Source of the DNA: an uncultured delta proteobacterium
GTDB taxonomy: Bacteria > Myxococcota_A > Polyangia > Polyangiales > Polyangiaceae
DNA length: 64,000 bases
Assembly (NCBI GenBank): GCA_963696385.1
Contig: CAVOKF010000006.1
Span: 256,001 to 320,000 of the forward strand
Direction of reading: 5' to 3'
This document shows, piece by piece, positions 61,074-64,000 of the stretch (the stretch's first letter is position 1; each line of letters begins with the position of its first letter). A model generated the notes under the pieces. That model was not told the DNA's origin and ran no database searches. It worked only from the letters and a program-made list of their open reading frames with translations. The position numbers and the translations under genes are program-made.

Positions 61074-61826
61074 CTACTTGCGTGCACAAAGTCGATATCC
61101 GACGCCGGGCTCCGTCAGCAGGTATCGCGGATGGGCGGCATTTTGCTCGAGCTTTTGACGGAGCTGCGCCATGTAGACGCGCACGTATTGTGTCGCGCTC
61201 GCGTACCGCGGTCCCCACGTGCTTTCCAGGAGCTGCCGGTGGGTCAACACGCAGCCTCGATGGCGCATGAGCGTGGCGAGCAGCTTGTACTCCGTCGGCG
61301 TGAGGTGGACCTCGCGGTCGGCCGCCCAAACGAGTCGCCGACCGAGGTCGATCCGGATGTCGCCCACTTCGAGGATCGATTCTTCTGGACCTGGGGCGAC
61401 GCGTGCCGTGTGACGGAGCCAGACGTGCACGCGCGCGAGCAACTCGCCATGGGAGAAGGGCTTGGTCAGGTAGTCGTTCGCCCCGGCGTCGAGAACGGCG
61501 ACCTTGTCCTGTTCTTGCCCGCGCGCGGAAATGACGAGAATGGGCGCGACCATCCACTCGCGCAGGCGCCGCGTAACCTCGATTCCGTCCGAGTCCGGGA
61601 GACCCAGATCGAGAAGAACGAGGTCGGGATTGTAGGCGGCTGCGCGCTCGAGCGCCTCGGCGCCCGAGGTCGCTTCCACCGTGCGCATTCCGTCGGCGCT
61701 CAGAACGATTTGAAGCAGCCGTTGCATGGGCGATTCGTCGTCCACCACGAGCGCCAGGGGGCCGGCGCTCGTGGCCTTCGGGTGCTTGCGCTCCTCGGAC
61801 GCTGTGACGTTGGCGGGATCGAGCAT
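61074..61826 (-). CDS. Second KdpE-like response regulator
   Basis: Motifs VVDDE, LDLGLPDSDG, GANDYLTKPF, LTEPGVGYR; clear paralog of 52627..53316. Confidence 0.92.
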   Translation of the reverse strand: MLDPANVTASEERKHPKATSAGPLALVVDDESPMQRLLQIVLSADGMRTVEATSGAEALERAAAYNPDLVLLDLGLPDSDGIEVTRRLREWMVAPILVISARGQEQDKVAVLDAGANDYLTKPFSHGELLARVHVWLRHTARVAPGPEESILEVGDIRIDLGRRLVWAADREVHLTPTEYKLLATLMRHRGCVLTHRQLLESTWGPRYASATQYVRVYMAQLRQKLEQNAAHPRYLLTEPGVGYRLCARK

Positions 61827-61911
61827 GTTGCCTCCGACATCGGGCGGTGTCCCGAACGTCGCTTTGGGCGAAGAGTTCGGAAAATGGGATCGTGGGCAAT
61901 GCCTTCGGTCG

Positions 61912-62187
61912 TTACGGTCGAATCGCCCAAGCGATGAATTGGGCCATGAATTTGGCCAGCAGCCACGTCGTGAGCGCGACGAAGAGCGCCAGCGCGAGCA
62001 TGCCTTCGGGCGTCAGGGGGCCTCGCTGCACGTCGCTGCCGACGCGAGCCGCGCAGAGGGCGGAAAGGACCAGCTGGGTCACCCCGATCGCTCGGCCGAG
62101 CCTGGCTCCGTCCACGGGCCCCGTGGCGTCAGAACGGACGACCGGTCTCGAGGGATATGGAGTTCGAAGTGTCGGCATGAGGTTCAT
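61912..62187 (-). CDS. Small two-TM membrane protein
   Basis: GGAGG-containing leader and two hydrophobic segments; co-oriented upstream of the second kdpE. Confidence 0.5.
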   Translation of the reverse strand: MNLMPTLRTPYPSRPVVRSDATGPVDGARLGRAIGVTQLVLSALCAARVGSDVQRGPLTPEGMLALALFVALTTWLLAKFMAQFIAWAIRP

Positions 62188-62216
62188 GATTTCCCAATCC
62201 TCCCGTCGACCCAAGG

Positions 62217-62335
62217 TTAAGTGCGGGCCGCTAAATGTTTGCTAAAAGCGTGGGTCGTCGGCGTCCTCCTATCGAGGACGGCGTCCATTGACGATTTCTT
62301 GATGTCACGGGCGAAAGCTTGACGACGAATTGATG
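62217..62335. promoter_or_regulatory. Divergent promoter with 11-bp-period direct-repeat boxes on both strands
   Basis: Minus strand: TTTAG-caaaca-TTTAG (62246-62231). Plus strand: TTGAC-gatttc-TTGATG (62288) and TTGAC-gacgaa-TTGATG (62319). Confidence 0.6.
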
Positions 62336-62360
62336 GGCGAACGAGTTATCCGAAGGGGGC

Positions 62361-63404
62361 ATGCCCGCATCCATCATCAAGGTCGACGACGCATCTTTGC
62401 TGAGCGACATCCAGACGCCGGCGGTCGAGCGCGCGCCCGCACGCGTCTGCCGGTCGCGCGAACTCGAGCCCGGCGACGTCATCGATGGCTTTCAGATCGT
62501 GCGAGTCGTGGCTCGCTGCGGGATGGGGTCGGTCTTCAAAGCGCACGATCGCGCCACCGGGGCGGCGGTGGTCCTCAAGATTCCGCATATGAGCTTCGAG
62601 AGCGATGTCGTCTTCTATTCGCGATTCCAGCGCGAGGAGAGGATCGGCCTTCGCTTGCGGCATCCGCTCATCGCGCGGGTGATCGCGGTGGCCGAGAAGA
62701 GCCGTCCGTACATCGTCGTCGAGCACGTCGAAGGGCCGTCGCTCTGGCACCTGGTGAGGAGCGAAGGCCGCATGTCGGCCGAGCGCGCTACGGCCATCGG
62801 CAAGCAGCTGTGCGAGGCGCTCGCCCATATGCACTCGCAGGGCGTGGTTCACCGCGACATCAAGCCCGAGAACGTTTTGATCGATTCGGCCGGAACGCCT
62901 CGAATCGTCGACTTCGGGATCGCGCTCGATTACCGCGATCGGCGTCTGACGTGGGGACATCTCTCGAGCCGTCTGGGTACGCCCGAATACATGGCGCCGG
63001 AGCAGATGCGGGGCCGCCGGGGCGACGCCCGCGTGGATGTTTACGCGCTCGGTGCCACGCTCTACGAAATCCTGGCCGGAGCACCTCCGTTCCCGCCGGG
63101 TAGCGTTCGAGATCTCGTGCGGTTGAAGCTCCACCACGAACCGAGACCGCTGACCGAAGTTGCGCCCGACATCGATCCTGCCCTCGCGGGCGTGGTGATG
63201 CGGGCCATCGCCCGCGATCCGCGCGATCGCTTCTCCAGCGCGCTCGACATGCTCGGCGCGCTTTCGGACCCCCGGCGCGCGTCGGCGACGGCCATGCCGG
63301 TGCCCGTACGTCCCAGCCTCACCGGGATTCGAGCGGCCTTGCTTGGCGTTGCCTTTGTCGGCGTCGCGTGGCTGGTGTTCCACATCGTCCAGGCGCACAC
63401 CTGA
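62361..63404 (+). CDS. Ser/Thr protein kinase (Hanks-type) with C-terminal TM
   Basis: Motifs VVLKIP, HRDIKPEN, DFG, GTPEYMAPE, DVYALG. Confidence 0.93.
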   Translation: MPASIIKVDDASLLSDIQTPAVERAPARVCRSRELEPGDVIDGFQIVRVVARCGMGSVFKAHDRATGAAVVLKIPHMSFESDVVFYSRFQREERIGLRLRHPLIARVIAVAEKSRPYIVVEHVEGPSLWHLVRSEGRMSAERATAIGKQLCEALAHMHSQGVVHRDIKPENVLIDSAGTPRIVDFGIALDYRDRRLTWGHLSSRLGTPEYMAPEQMRGRRGDARVDVYALGATLYEILAGAPPFPPGSVRDLVRLKLHHEPRPLTEVAPDIDPALAGVVMRAIARDPRDRFSSALDMLGALSDPRRASATAMPVPVRPSLTGIRAALLGVAFVGVAWLVFHIVQAHT

Positions 63405-63462
63405 CGTCGGGAGGGCTCGCGAATGGGCTGAGGAAACCAGGCTGTGTGGCCGGGTCGGAGGA

Positions 63463-64000
63463 TCATCGGCAGGCGACGAAGTCGGCAAAGTCGACGAGCG
63501 TGTCGACGGGAGTCGCCCAGGAGCCGTCGTGCCCACCGAAGAATGTCGAAAAGAACAGAGTGGTCGCGCTCGTCGTATCCCGGCGAAACGTCAGTCCCCT
63601 CGCCTCGAACGTCGGCGGCGCGCTCGGATCGGCGTCGTACCAGACTCGCGCGATTCCGTCGGATTGCCCCGCACCATTCAAGATCAGCTCTTCGGCGATG
63701 CGATGCCACGTGCCCGGTGTGAACGCCCACCTGCCGAGTCCGATCTCGGTACCGTAGGCGCGAGCGGGAAGGATGTACGCGTACAGCTCGCCCGCGCCGC
63801 CGGCGCGCCACATGGAACGGACCGACCAACCCCCCTCGCCCGAGACGAACGCGCCACCGCTCGGGCAGTCGCCGCCGCACACGCCCGGTAACTTTCCGCC
63901 GCGGACCCACGGAAAGGTGGCGTCGAACTTCAACCAGTACGAGACAAAGATCGACGAAGCGTCGCTTGCGTCCGGCAGCGTGGCCTTGAACTCGGCTCCC
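63463..64000 (-). CDS. Polysaccharide lyase family 14-like protein, 5'-truncated by window edge
   Basis: Motifs YWLKFD..F.WVRGGKLPG, SVRSMWR..GAGELYAY, FFSTFFGG; frame is open to the window end. Confidence 0.8.
   Translation of the reverse strand, partial: GAEFKATLPDASDASSIFVSYWLKFDATFPWVRGGKLPGVCGGDCPSGGAFVSGEGGWSVRSMWRAGGAGELYAYILPARAYGTEIGLGRWAFTPGTWHRIAEELILNGAGQSDGIARVWYDADPSAPPTFEARGLTFRRDTTSATTLFFSTFFGGHDGSWATPVDTLVDFADFVACR

Overview
High-GC window, most consistent with a myxobacterium (Polyangiaceae-like). This is inferred from the many lipoproteins with Gly/Ser/Thr linkers, a PEGA-type gene triad and a eukaryotic-like Ser/Thr kinase. Contents in order: the tail of a type II FAS/PKS-like cluster (active KS, non-catalytic KS/CLF, FabG, two hexapeptide acyltransferases); an NADP oxidoreductase; secreted glycoside hydrolases; two paralogous GT4 genes bracketing MFS, FUSC, galM and a PIN-type toxin-antitoxin pair; pntAB; a membrane/spermidine-synthase fusion; an FGE-sulfatase lipoprotein with a cytochrome-c-like tail; msrB fused to a degenerate MsrA; TolC coupled to a kinase-like gene; a non-phosphorylative L-fucose-type catabolic operon; tex; a redoxin and a TRL lipoprotein each followed by a REP-like hairpin; iaaA; glgP; and an expanded Kdp locus. 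The Kdp locus has two leader micro-peptides, kdpABC, kdpD, two KdpE-like regulators, a small membrane protein and a divergent Ser/Thr kinase, linked by 11-bp-period direct-repeat boxes. A partial PL14-like lyase ends the window. Three loci (PIN, FGE, kdpD) show single-base frame disruptions, which suggests possible sequencing indels. I recognised no rRNA, tRNA, transposase, integrase or CRISPR array. All calls come from reading motifs by eye; no database searches were run.
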